Shown here: one piece after another, positions 1 to 9,059 of the stretch
Layout: each line of letters begins with the position of its first letter
Position numbering within the stretch: the first letter of the stretch is position 1
From: an uncultured archaeon
GTDB taxonomy: Archaea > Asgardarchaeota > Lokiarchaeia > Sigyniarchaeales > SOKP01
Direction of reading: 5' to 3'
Length of the DNA: 22,535 nt
NCBI GenBank assembly: GCA_964388035.1
Contig: CAYLZE010000084.1
Coordinates: forward strand, 1 to 22,535
Translations under genes and position numbers: made by a program
Notes under the pieces: model-generated
Told to the model about the DNA's origin: nothing
The model's input: only the letters and a program-made list of their open reading frames with translations
The model's database searches: none

Positions 1-208
1 TATCATTTTAAAAAATACCAATATTTAAAATGATAATTTAAAAAAAGTGTTATTTTCATCTCATCCGCATATTTTTAAATTATCTGATTTTTGCAAATTT
101 ATTTTTGAATAAAGACTGAACCATATTACAAAAATACAAAAATGTATTAATTGTTTAGATCCGATTATCGTAAAAGTAACATTCCTTATTTTTCATAAGA
201 AATAATAT

Positions 209-2395
209 TCATCTTTTTTGATGAGGTAGTGAAAAATAAAAGGTTGATCCTTGATACCTACCTTTAGAGGAAACCCAAATTTTTCCGCCATGAAGTTCTA
301 TAATTTCCTTGGAATAAAATAATCCTAGTCCGGAACCATCAGATAGAACATCATACCCTTGCCCAAAACGTTCAATTTTTCCAAACCGATGAAAAATTTG
401 CGCCTTTTCTTCATCGGTTAATCCAATTCCAGTATCTTGAATTGAGATAATGATCTCACTCTCAGTTTTTTTCGCTGTAATAGTTATTGTTCCATCGGGA
501 GGTGTATATTTTATCGCATTGGTTAGAAGATTGCTAATTACGTCATGAATTTGTTCTTTATCAAAAATGCTAATTATATTATCATCAAGAAAGAGATCAA
601 CGTGTTGGTTTCTTGATTTTATGAATCCATTTAATTCGCTCACACAAGCAAGAATTAAAATACCAAGGTCTTGTTTTAACTTATTCGAGTTTACCTCTCC
701 AGATTCTAATTCTGCTGTTTTTAAAATAGTTTTGACTAAAGTTTCTAATCTATTACAACCATTATTAATTTCTTCTATGATTGAAAGTATATCTTCATTA
801 AAAGAATGACCATATTGGATAAGCAACAATTCTGTAAAGCCTTTTATGGATAGGAGAGGGGTCTTTAATTCATGAGAAGTTCTCGTTAGTAATTCAGACT
901 TTAATAGATTGAGCTTTAATAATTCTTCTTCTGCTTTCTTACGCTCAGAAATATTGCGATTAATCGCGACTACACCTATGGGTCTTCCCATAATATCTTT
1001 TATATATGTAACTGAAGAAAGTATATTTAATTTGACACCGTCTATTCGAGTTTGAACCACTTCTCCTTGCCAAATTCCATTTTTAAGGAATAGTTGTAAG
1101 ACTTCCTCTTCTGTTTCGTTATTTAAATAACTTGTTGGAATAATGGCAGAAATACTCTTGCCGATGGCATCGTGGGATGTCCATCCATAAAGATTTTCTG
1201 CTGCCTTATTCCATGAAATGATCTTGAAACTGAGGTCCGTAGATATAATCGCATCCGAAACATTTTTAACCAATTCTGCTTGATATTTCAATAGTTCTTC
1301 TGCTTTCTTTTTTTCAGTAATATCTTGTACTAAAATTTGAATGAATTTTTGTTCATCAATTTCTACTAAAGAAGGGGTAGATCTTATCCAAATAAATTTA
1401 CCATCATTTCTGGATAATTCCATCTCAATTGACATTATTGGGTTCCCATTTAAGACGTACTTTGTCCTTTCCCTTAGAATTGGAAATTTATCATTTTTTA
1501 GTAAAGGAAAGTCCATTATATTTTTCCCAATTAATTATTCTTTTGAATATCTAAGTATTATTTTTATGCTTGAATTACAATCGATAATGTTCCAATCTTT
1601 ATCAAGTAGAAGTATATAAAATGGAGAAGATTCAAATAAATGGCGATATTTCTCTTCAGATATTTTTAAAGCTCGTTCTGCATTTTTTCTATCCGTAATA
1701 TCCAATACCGTGAAAGCAGTTCCAAGTGACGAATCATCTTTATCTATACGAGAAGCGCTCATTAAAACATCGATGATCTTTCCATCCTTTCGTTTAAGCT
1801 GGGATTCATTAGTTTCAAAACTAGATTTGTTTAGCCTATTCTTTTTTTCCATCCCTACGCGTTCATATTCCTCTAATGAAGGATAAAGAAATTTAGCATC
1901 TTGATTCAATAATTCTTCTCGGGAATAACCGGTTAGCTCACAAAATAGTTCGTTTACATCAATAATAATGCGATCAACTTCTACCCCTATCCCGATAGGA
2001 GCAGCTCTTAAAGTACCCTCTAATTTAGCTTTATCTTGTTTTAAGGCGATTTCAACTTTTTTTTTTGCTGAGATATCTTGAAATATTCCTAGAAGATAAT
2101 GAATGTTTTTTACTTTTATGATTGAGTTAGTAAAGCCTACCCAAATAGGAGTATTATTTTCATTATTAATGCAAAACTCAATAGGTTCTAAAAATTCTCT
2201 GTTTTCAACTTTTTGAAACCTTTGTTCAAAAAATTTTGGAGATATTGAGGCTTTAAGAAATTCTAAAAGGGAGGTAAAGTTTTTACCTATTAATTTTTCT
2301 TTGCCGAACCCAAATATTTTTTCTATTAGCTTATTACATGCAATAATAGTTCCTAATCTATTCATTAATAAAAGACCAAGCGGTGCTTCGTCCAA
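209..2395 (-). pseudogene. 4xPAS sensor histidine kinase (PAS4-HisKA-HATPase_c) interrupted by one in-frame TAA at 1535-1537; either a pseudogene or a sequence error
   Basis: ORFs 1535..2395 and 209..1516 are in the same frame (2395-1516=879=293 codons). Reading across the gap gives YSKE*LIGKNIMDF, the PAS motif Y-S-K-E-E-L-I-G with GAA>TAA. The C-terminal part has the H-box TSHELKTPL, N-box NLLTNAIKY, G1 DTGIG and G2 GSGLGL. The start is uncertain (TTG at 2395; no in-frame ATG between it and the upstream stop at 2459-2461). Confidence 0.85.
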
Positions 2396-2845
2396 TATTT
2401 GCCAAATTTGTCCCTTTAGATTATTTATATTTAGTTCAGGTTCTATGAAAACGCCATTTTACATGTTCTTAAAATATTTTCTAACAATCATCGCATCTTA
2501 ATAATCATGAGCCCTAATTTTTCTTTATAACTACTTTCCAAATCCTACTAACTATGCAACATGTAAAGGTAACTTTATTAATATTAAAAATGTTATAAGA
2601 AAAAGTTACCACTTTTATAGAGAAATTGATACTTAAATTAGAAGGAAAAAACATTATTTAAATTTAATGTAAAGTGAATGTCCATTGCAATAAATTATTA
2701 TTGTTAAAATCTTGAAGTAAAATAAGTATTTATCATAGTAGGATGATTCAATAGATAAGGAAAATGCTTTAAATGGCATGCTCGTTATTCATAGATAATT
2801 GGTGAATTCTCCTATTTTTTTAAACTATAGAGTATTTTTATTGGT

Positions 2846-4822
2846 ATGAGTGGGAAAGAAAATTATATCACTACTTTTGCTTATTTAAAAATTCCTGTAA
2901 GGAGTACTATTCCCCCTTTATTAAATCGAATTATCAGAAGATTAATGGCTCATGGCGTGGTCCCATTAATCCGTATATTGGGAGGTTTTCTGGGTTTAGG
3001 GTTTTCTTTAAAAGGGGTGAAGAGATTTCCGGAATACATGTTAGAATTAAGTGATGGAACGAGATTAGCCACGGATATATACTTACCCAAAAATGCCTAT
3101 AAGAGAAAAATGAAATGCCCCACAATTCTCATTCGATTACCCTATTGGAAAGATACCTTCAATTATTTAGCATATGCATATGCAATGCATGGATATGCGG
3201 TAGTCTTACAAGATATTCGTGGTTGTGCTCATTCCGAGGGATTTAATCTGTATCTACTAGCAGACAGGAGGGATGGATTAGAAGTTCTTCGATGGATAAG
3301 CCAGCGATTTTGGTATAACGGTAAATTAGCAATGAATGGAGGAAGTTACTTCGGATTAACCCAACTATGCGTGGCTTTCGACAATGAAAATCTCTTGACT
3401 TGCATATCCCCTGCAGTATGCTCTTCTCTGAATTTATGGATGTATAATAACGGATTGGAAATCCATTCCCTGACTACTGCTATTTATCGCATTTTGATAA
3501 ACATCACGGTAAATAGTGAGGCACCAGAAGTAGATATTCTCACCAAAGAAATGCAAGAACGGTGGCTAAATCCTAAAAAAGCGTTATTTAATGACAAAAT
3601 GGAGAAAAATGAGATAATAATGAAATTCTCTGATTTTGACCATCTTGATTTGGAGCATAAAAAAGCTAAAATCATCGAAAATTATACTTCAAAATCCATA
3701 GATTTTAAGAAGCGTAATTACACTATATATTTACGATATTTAAATGACTTTTTAATTAACCGGAAGATTGATAAAGATACTCATCGCATGTTAGGGTTAC
3801 TGGAGTACGGACCAGAGAAAATATCCCAACCAATCTTCATGATAGCGGGCTGGCAAGATATGTTTTTCGAACATCAATTAAAAGACTTTTTGGAGATAAA
3901 AGAAAAAACTTCGGGAACGATCAATACACATTCTAAGATGATAATCGGTCCCTGGGCTCATGCCGAGATCGGACATCCCGAGAGCACGCTATTCAATGCA
4001 GGAATTATAATGTTCTATAGACAGTTCGTTAATAAATCCTGGTTTGATTATTGGTTAAAAGAAGATAAAACAGCTTTACCAGATATTGAGAAGCCTTCTA
4101 TTAAATATTGGGTGATGGGAAGAAATGTGTGGAGATATGATGATTTTTGGCCACCAAAAGAAGTACGGAGTAAAGAACTTTATCTTCATTCAGAGGGAAG
4201 CGCTAACAGCGTGAAGGGAGATGGAAAATTAAATTATTACTCGCCAAAAGAAGAGCTCCCTGACACCTATATCTTCAATCCAATGAATCCTGTTATAACA
4301 CGAGGAGGAAGGAATTTAGGCATTCTTAAGGGGGCTCATGATCAAAAAGATGCCGAAAAGAGGGAAGATGTTTTGGTATATTCCTCAGAACCTTTAACAA
4401 AAGGAATCGAAATAACGGGAACAATACGAATGATTTTGTATGCATCCTCATCAACAAGAGATACGGATTACATGGTTAAATTAGTGGATGTCTTTCCCAA
4501 TGGAAAAGCAATTAACATTTTAGATTCCGGAATAAGAGCTCGTTTTAGAAATGGCATGGAAAAGCCCTCTCTCCTCAATTCCGATGAAATTTATCAATAT
4601 AGCTTTGAATTAGGAAATACTTCGAACTTTTTCAGGAAAGGGCATAGAATTAGGATTGAAATCACGTCAAGCAATTTTCCCCGCTTCGATATTAATTCCA
4701 ATCTTGGAGGAAAAGGAAGGCATGGCGATTATTTAAAAGCAACACAGAAAATTTACCATGACAATAATCATCCGAGCCATTTAATAGTTCCCATCTATAG
4801 CAAAAGTTATAATTCGACATGA
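2846..4822 (+). CDS. CocE/NonD family serine hydrolase (peptidase S15 / cocaine esterase-like)
   Basis: DGTRLATDIYLP, R-x-PY, QDIRG-x-x-x-SEG, nucleophile GGSYFG, GWQD, GPWAH, and a C-terminal PepX_C-like domain (FRKGHRIRIEITSSNFPRFDIN). Confidence 0.92.
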   Translation: MSGKENYITTFAYLKIPVRSTIPPLLNRIIRRLMAHGVVPLIRILGGFLGLGFSLKGVKRFPEYMLELSDGTRLATDIYLPKNAYKRKMKCPTILIRLPYWKDTFNYLAYAYAMHGYAVVLQDIRGCAHSEGFNLYLLADRRDGLEVLRWISQRFWYNGKLAMNGGSYFGLTQLCVAFDNENLLTCISPAVCSSLNLWMYNNGLEIHSLTTAIYRILINITVNSEAPEVDILTKEMQERWLNPKKALFNDKMEKNEIIMKFSDFDHLDLEHKKAKIIENYTSKSIDFKKRNYTIYLRYLNDFLINRKIDKDTHRMLGLLEYGPEKISQPIFMIAGWQDMFFEHQLKDFLEIKEKTSGTINTHSKMIIGPWAHAEIGHPESTLFNAGIIMFYRQFVNKSWFDYWLKEDKTALPDIEKPSIKYWVMGRNVWRYDDFWPPKEVRSKELYLHSEGSANSVKGDGKLNYYSPKEELPDTYIFNPMNPVITRGGRNLGILKGAHDQKDAEKREDVLVYSSEPLTKGIEITGTIRMILYASSSTRDTDYMVKLVDVFPNGKAINILDSGIRARFRNGMEKPSLLNSDEIYQYSFELGNTSNFFRKGHRIRIEITSSNFPRFDINSNLGGKGRHGDYLKATQKIYHDNNHPSHLIVPIYSKSYNST

Positions 4823-5255
4823 TATATTTAATTGAATCGCTCAGAGAGGGCATTTTAACTGCGTTTAAATCGATCAGTCAATTTATCTATTTCAAAAAAG
4901 AGAGAGAGTCAATTTAACTCATCCACTAAAACCATTAAGGATGAATAAAAATACTTCTTTATGGTTGAATTAAGTTTAAACCAGGCAACTAAGAAATTAT
5001 GAATTTTTATCCTTAATGAATTAGGTATAATCTTAAGAGTAATCACTTTAATTCATAAATAAGGATTCTAAATAATATTTAAGTTCAAATAGAAATTAAT
5101 GAATCAGCTTTTTTAATGACTTAACTCATGTTAAGATCGATTTCTCAGATTAAAATCCCAAGAAAGTTCATCTCCTATTTTCTTTCCGTTATATAATCAA
5201 ATACATAACGTGTATTTAAATATTTCTCTATTACTATTAATAGTAAACAGAAAAT

Positions 5256-7004
5256 TTGGTGATAAAAATTTCAAGAAAAATATTAAGAGTTAACATGAAT
5301 GATCTCTCAGTGAAGTATGAAGATTTACCTGAAGAATACTACGCATTAGGCGGCAGGGGATTAACCTCTACGATTATTGCCAAGGAAGTACCTCCCACGT
5401 GCCATCCATTGGGGCCTTCCAATAAGATTGTATTTGCTCCTGGGTTAGTAACTGGCACGTTTGCCCCGAGTTCGGGAAGAATCTCGGTGGGAAGCAAGTC
5501 ACCTTTAACAGGGGGCATTAAAGAAGCCAATGCCGGAACAAGCTTTTCACAAATGATTGCTCGCCTGCGAATAGCTGCTATTATTATAGAAGGTCGAGCA
5601 AAAGGAGAAGATAAATATTTACTAAAAATAGATAAAGATGGTGCCACATTAAGTAAAGCTAACAAATGGTTGGGAAAAGGCTTGTATGAGGTGTATAAAG
5701 ATCTTTTTAAGGAGTTTGGGGAGAAAGTCGGTATTTGTAGTGTTGGAATTGCAGCAGAACTATTAGGAGCAAATACTGGCGTCTGCTTTAATGATACTGA
5801 AGGGCTTCCTAGCCGATATGCCGGAAGAGGAGGTCTTGGAGCCGTGATGTATTCAAGAGGAATTAAAGTTATCATTGCAGATGATGCAGGTGCACCCGGT
5901 GTTGAAATTAAAAATGAAGAGTTATTCAAACAAGGAACGCGAAAACTGGTACAAGCTTTAGCTGCTCATGACGTGACGAAACCCGGTGGAGGTTTATCAT
6001 CCTATGGAACAGCCGTTTTAGTAAATATTATTAATGAAGCAGGAGGATTACCCCAAAAGAATTTCTCGTCAGGGCAATCAGATTTAGCCTCCTTGGTATC
6101 GGGAGAAAAGAAAGCGGAAGAGATTCAAAAAAGAGGAGGAAAGCGTCCTCATGTGTGCAATCCAGGCTGTGTAATTCAGTGTTCAGAAGTTTGGACGGAA
6201 CCAGGCGGTAAAAAACCTTTAGGAGTGCTTGAATATGAATCCGTTTGGTCGTTAGGACCAAATTGCGGAATTTATGACTTGGATCAGGTCGCAGCATTAA
6301 ATCGACAGTGTAACGACTTGGGCATGGATACTATAGAAACCGGAGATGCGATAGCTGTTGCTATGGAAGGAGGAGAATTGAGCTTTGGGGATGGAAAAGC
6401 TGCATTTAAGCTTTTAGAGGAAGTAAGAAAGAAAATGCCCCTCGGAAGAATTATTGCTAATGGTACGGATTTTACGGCTCAAGCTTATGGTGTGTGGAGA
6501 TCTCCCACGGTTAAAGGGCAAAGCATGCCAGCATATGACCCGAGAGCAATAAAAGGAATAGGAGTAACATATGCTACCACACCGATGGGCGCAGATCATA
6601 CTGCAGGATACGCAATTGCAACTGAAATAATGGGTGTCGGTGGAACTGCAAATCCGTTGGATGTCAAGAAATCAGATCTTTCTCGTAATTTGCAGCTAGC
6701 TACTGCTGCGATTGATGCTTCGGGCTATTGCCTATTCATTGCTTTCGCGGTTCTTGATATCCCTGAAGGCTTAGTAGGGGTAGTAGAGTCTTTAAATGGG
6801 GTGCTCGGAACTAACCTCACGGTGGAAGATGTCCCAAAAATCGGGCAACAAATCATAGATACGGAATTAAACTTTAATAAAGCAGCGGGATTCACTAAAA
6901 TAGATGATAGGCTTCCGGAATTCATGAAATTAGAACCTCTAGCACCAAAAAATGAAGTCTTCAACGTTTCTGATGAAGAACTTGATAAAGTATTTGGAAA
7001 TTAG
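5256..7004 (+). CDS. aor: Tungsten-dependent aldehyde:ferredoxin oxidoreductase (AOR family)
   Basis: ILRVNM, LGGRGL, KSPLTGGIKEANAG, AGRGGLGAVM, 4Fe-4S ligands C-x3-C-x3-C (CNPGCVIQC) plus distal GYCLF, EYES, CNDLGMDTI, PAYDPR, GADH. The start could be TTG 5256 or GTG 5259. Confidence 0.93.
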   Translation: MVIKISRKILRVNMNDLSVKYEDLPEEYYALGGRGLTSTIIAKEVPPTCHPLGPSNKIVFAPGLVTGTFAPSSGRISVGSKSPLTGGIKEANAGTSFSQMIARLRIAAIIIEGRAKGEDKYLLKIDKDGATLSKANKWLGKGLYEVYKDLFKEFGEKVGICSVGIAAELLGANTGVCFNDTEGLPSRYAGRGGLGAVMYSRGIKVIIADDAGAPGVEIKNEELFKQGTRKLVQALAAHDVTKPGGGLSSYGTAVLVNIINEAGGLPQKNFSSGQSDLASLVSGEKKAEEIQKRGGKRPHVCNPGCVIQCSEVWTEPGGKKPLGVLEYESVWSLGPNCGIYDLDQVAALNRQCNDLGMDTIETGDAIAVAMEGGELSFGDGKAAFKLLEEVRKKMPLGRIIANGTDFTAQAYGVWRSPTVKGQSMPAYDPRAIKGIGVTYATTPMGADHTAGYAIATEIMGVGGTANPLDVKKSDLSRNLQLATAAIDASGYCLFIAFAVLDIPEGLVGVVESLNGVLGTNLTVEDVPKIGQQIIDTELNFNKAAGFTKIDDRLPEFMKLEPLAPKNEVFNVSDEELDKVFGN

Positions 7005-7015
7005 GGATTGCAGAG

Positions 7016-7300
7016 ATGGGTATTAAAGTTAAACTCTTTGGAGATTTAAAGAAGAAAATTAAAAATCACGATACTCCTACAGGATCTCCATATATCACGA
7101 ATATAGATGCAAGAACTGTGAAAACTGTCATGGATGTATTAAAAATGTTTTCAATAGAGCCATCTGAAGTATATCACATCTTTGTCAATACTAATTATGC
7201 CGGATTCAGTAAAAAAATCAACGACGGAGATATAGTCAGTTTATTTCCCCGCAACATGTCCGTTTTGTATAAATGGTATTTTAATCGAGAAGAAGATTAA
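7016..7300 (+). CDS. MoaD/ThiS-like beta-grasp (ubiquitin-like) protein lacking the C-terminal Gly-Gly
   Basis: N-terminal IKVKLFGDLK, TVMDVL, IFVN and INDGDIVSLFP are typical MoaD/ThiS/SAMP motifs. It lies 11 bp after the aor stop and ends ...LFPRNMSVLYKWYFNREED. Confidence 0.85.
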   Translation: MGIKVKLFGDLKKKIKNHDTPTGSPYITNIDARTVKTVMDVLKMFSIEPSEVYHIFVNTNYAGFSKKINDGDIVSLFPRNMSVLYKWYFNREED

Positions 7301-7439
7301 AAGAAATTTTTTAAATTTGAAGATTCAATAAAAATTGCCTCCAAATCTACGGAAACGATAAATCTTAATTAATTTTTTTATTATCTTTTTTTTTGCTAAA
7401 AAATTAGGAGAAAAAATAAAAAGATACTTGATAGAGAGC

Positions 7440-8237
7440 TTATTCAGCTTGATCTACTAATTGTTTTGGTTTCTTTTCGTGAAAGAATGTCATTACTTGT
7501 ATTTGGCTTGATAATATAAAAAGAGAACCCATGATCCAGATAAAACGTCCAAGAGTGAACCAGATAACAGTATTTGTAACAATTCCTATTCCTAAAATTA
7601 GTGCAAAATAAATGAGACCTATGGGAAGTAATGATATTCCAATTATAAGCCGATTCATGCGCTTTTTCAAAGCTATATCATCCGTTCGTTTTTTCACTCG
7701 ATTTAGAGAGATTATTGATAGAACATATAAGATAGTGGGGAATAGCATCAAGGCACCAAAGAAAAGATTTAAATCAGTGGCTACAATGACCATTGAAGCA
7801 GATTCCCATTCCGAGGGGGCTAATACATTTCCTTGTACATCCCGTATATAAATTGATTCATTTAAGATCATCAATACACTTAAAGCATAAAAAACGATTC
7901 CTATTCCAAGAATTTTTTTCTTATTTACCGCTTTTAAGGAATATTCTATCACTTGACTAGCAAAATAAATTAAAAAAGCAAAAGTCATTGCCGCCAATAT
8001 TTGGATATCTCTTACAACATTAACCACGTTAAACATTAAAACGCTGTCAGCGCCATGAGTCCATATTATTAAATCGGAAATAGTATAAATATTCCAAGAC
8101 CACATGGCAAATCCGAACAACTTATTTACGATATAATCCTTTTTCCTATATATTATTACTCCAGTGAGGAAAAAACAGAAAATCTCAACAAACTTTGGTA
8201 TATAAAGCCAATATTCTACAGGGTCGTATATGGGCAT
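7440..8237 (-). CDS. Stand-alone integral membrane protein with about 7 TM helices (HisKA_7TM-like pattern)
   Basis: Seven hydrophobic stretches of about 20 aa separated by basic loops (YRKK, NKKK, RVKKR, KKRMNR), with a long loop between TM4 and TM5. No soluble output domain. Confidence 0.8.
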   Translation of the reverse strand: MPIYDPVEYWLYIPKFVEIFCFFLTGVIIYRKKDYIVNKLFGFAMWSWNIYTISDLIIWTHGADSVLMFNVVNVVRDIQILAAMTFAFLIYFASQVIEYSLKAVNKKKILGIGIVFYALSVLMILNESIYIRDVQGNVLAPSEWESASMVIVATDLNLFFGALMLFPTILYVLSIISLNRVKKRTDDIALKKRMNRLIIGISLLPIGLIYFALILGIGIVTNTVIWFTLGRFIWIMGSLFILSSQIQVMTFFHEKKPKQLVDQAE

Positions 8238-8302
8238 GATTTTGATCTAAAGATTGTTTCTAAAATTAAAAATCTTTTTATATTTTCATATAATAACCCC
8301 AA

Positions 8303-8310
8303 TTTATAAA
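8303..8310 (-). promoter_or_regulatory. Candidate TATA box (TTTATAAA) for the 7TM gene
   Basis: TTTATAAA about 65 nt upstream of the ATG at 8237, preceded on the minus strand by purine-rich AAAGAGTAAG (BRE-like). The AT-rich background lowers specificity. Confidence 0.4.
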
Positions 8311-8576
8311 CTTACTCTTTAACCATAATAAGCTCATTTGTTAAGCTCTCATTCATTCGAAATTCAAGTGATTTTTTAAGAAAAATAAAAGGAATGTCCT
8401 TTTTAAAAGATCGAAAAACTTTCGAGTTAATAAGCAGGAATACTTAAATATAAAAATAAGTTTCTTTCGATATAACCTTCTCAAATCAGGTTTTAAATAA
8501 CTCATGCTCTTTTCTTAGCTTCTTGATTAACTTCTCATCAAAATGCTCTTTTGCATTTAAAAAATAAGATTTTTAT

Positions 8577-8587
8577 AAAAAAAAAAA
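8577..8587 (-). terminator. Oligo-T (T11) archaeal terminator candidate downstream of the histone gene
   Basis: A11 on the + strand is T11 on the - strand, about 55 nt after the histone stop codon. Confidence 0.5.
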
Positions 8588-8641
8588 TTAAATGATAAAT
8601 TATTAGTGATTTTTCACGCTCGGTAAAAATCGGGCAACTTC

Positions 8642-8854
8642 CTACATCACTTTCATCGCAAGGTTCATATCTTCTAAGGTGAGCTTCTTTCGGCCTGCGT
8701 GTCTTGTCATCTCAAGTGCTTTATTGGTTATGTTTTTAGCAAGGCCTTCTAAATAATCAATCAAGGCATCCACTGCATCTCTTGCCACCATTTCAGCTCC
8801 ATTGTCCTTCATAAGCTTCCGAATTGGGGACCAAGCGAATATTTTTTTTGCCAT
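8642..8854 (-). CDS. Archaeal histone (HMf-type histone fold, no tail)
   Basis: 70 aa. P-I-R-K-L-M-K-x-x-G-A-E in alpha1/L1 and HAGRK-x-L-x-x-E-D in L2/alpha3. Strong SD sequence upstream. Confidence 0.95.
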   Translation of the reverse strand: MAKKIFAWSPIRKLMKDNGAEMVARDAVDALIDYLEGLAKNITNKALEMTRHAGRKKLTLEDMNLAMKVM

Positions 8855-8862
8855 TTTTTATT

Positions 8863-8867
8863 CCTCC
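8863..8867 (-). promoter_or_regulatory. Shine-Dalgarno GGAGG of the histone gene
   Basis: The minus strand reads GTGGAGGAATAAAAAATG, with GGAGG 8 nt before the ATG. Confidence 0.75.
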
Positions 8868-8943
8868 ACTTTATAATTATTAATAATTTAATATGGAATA
8901 GTATTTACAAAAAACTTCCTTAAGTAATAATATTCATTTCGAA

Positions 8944-8951
8944 TATATAAA
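8944..8951 (-). promoter_or_regulatory. Candidate TATA box (TTTATATA) for the histone gene
   Basis: Consensus archaeal TATA about 90 nt upstream of the ATG, consistent with a leadered, SD-containing mRNA. Confidence 0.5.
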
Positions 8952-9033
8952 TGTTATGTTAGATTAACCATAATATGGGATCGGGTTAATAATTTGACCA
9001 GATCGACAAAATGCGAAGTCAGAGAATAACGCC

Positions 9034-9059
9034 GGTAGATGGGGTTCTGAACCCTTACC
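9034..9059. repeat. GC-rich inverted repeat/hairpin in the histone-kinase divergent intergenic region
   Basis: GGGTTC-T-GAACCC is a perfect palindrome (9042-9054), flanked by complementary GGTA (9034-9037) and TACC (9056-9059). Confidence 0.6.

Noticed and set aside
1-208. Possible start of a minus-strand gene at position 6 running off the window
   Set aside because: Only two codons are visible, so it cannot be supported.
1535-1537. Selenocysteine/pyrrolysine or alternative genetic code read-through of the kinase stop
   Set aside because: The codon is TAA, which ends many normal genes in this window. The expected residue is Glu (GAA), one substitution away.
5339-5929. 196-aa antisense ORF inside aor, and the other short antisense/overlapping ORFs in the track (e.g. 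567..809, 1341..1619, 6725..6964, 10598..10867, 11968..12216, 17154..17429, 19741..20115)
   Set aside because: They are shadow frames of well-supported genes, with Ser/Pro/Phe-rich composition and no recognisable motifs.
7016-7300. ThiS sulfur carrier for the thiamine cluster, or the ubiquitin partner of the RING protein
   Set aside because: It has no C-terminal Gly-Gly, so it cannot be activated. It is tightly linked to aor, about 10 kb from those genes.
7440-8237. Rhodopsin (helio-/schizorhodopsin)
   Set aside because: There is no retinal-binding Lys in the seventh helix and no rhodopsin helix C motif.
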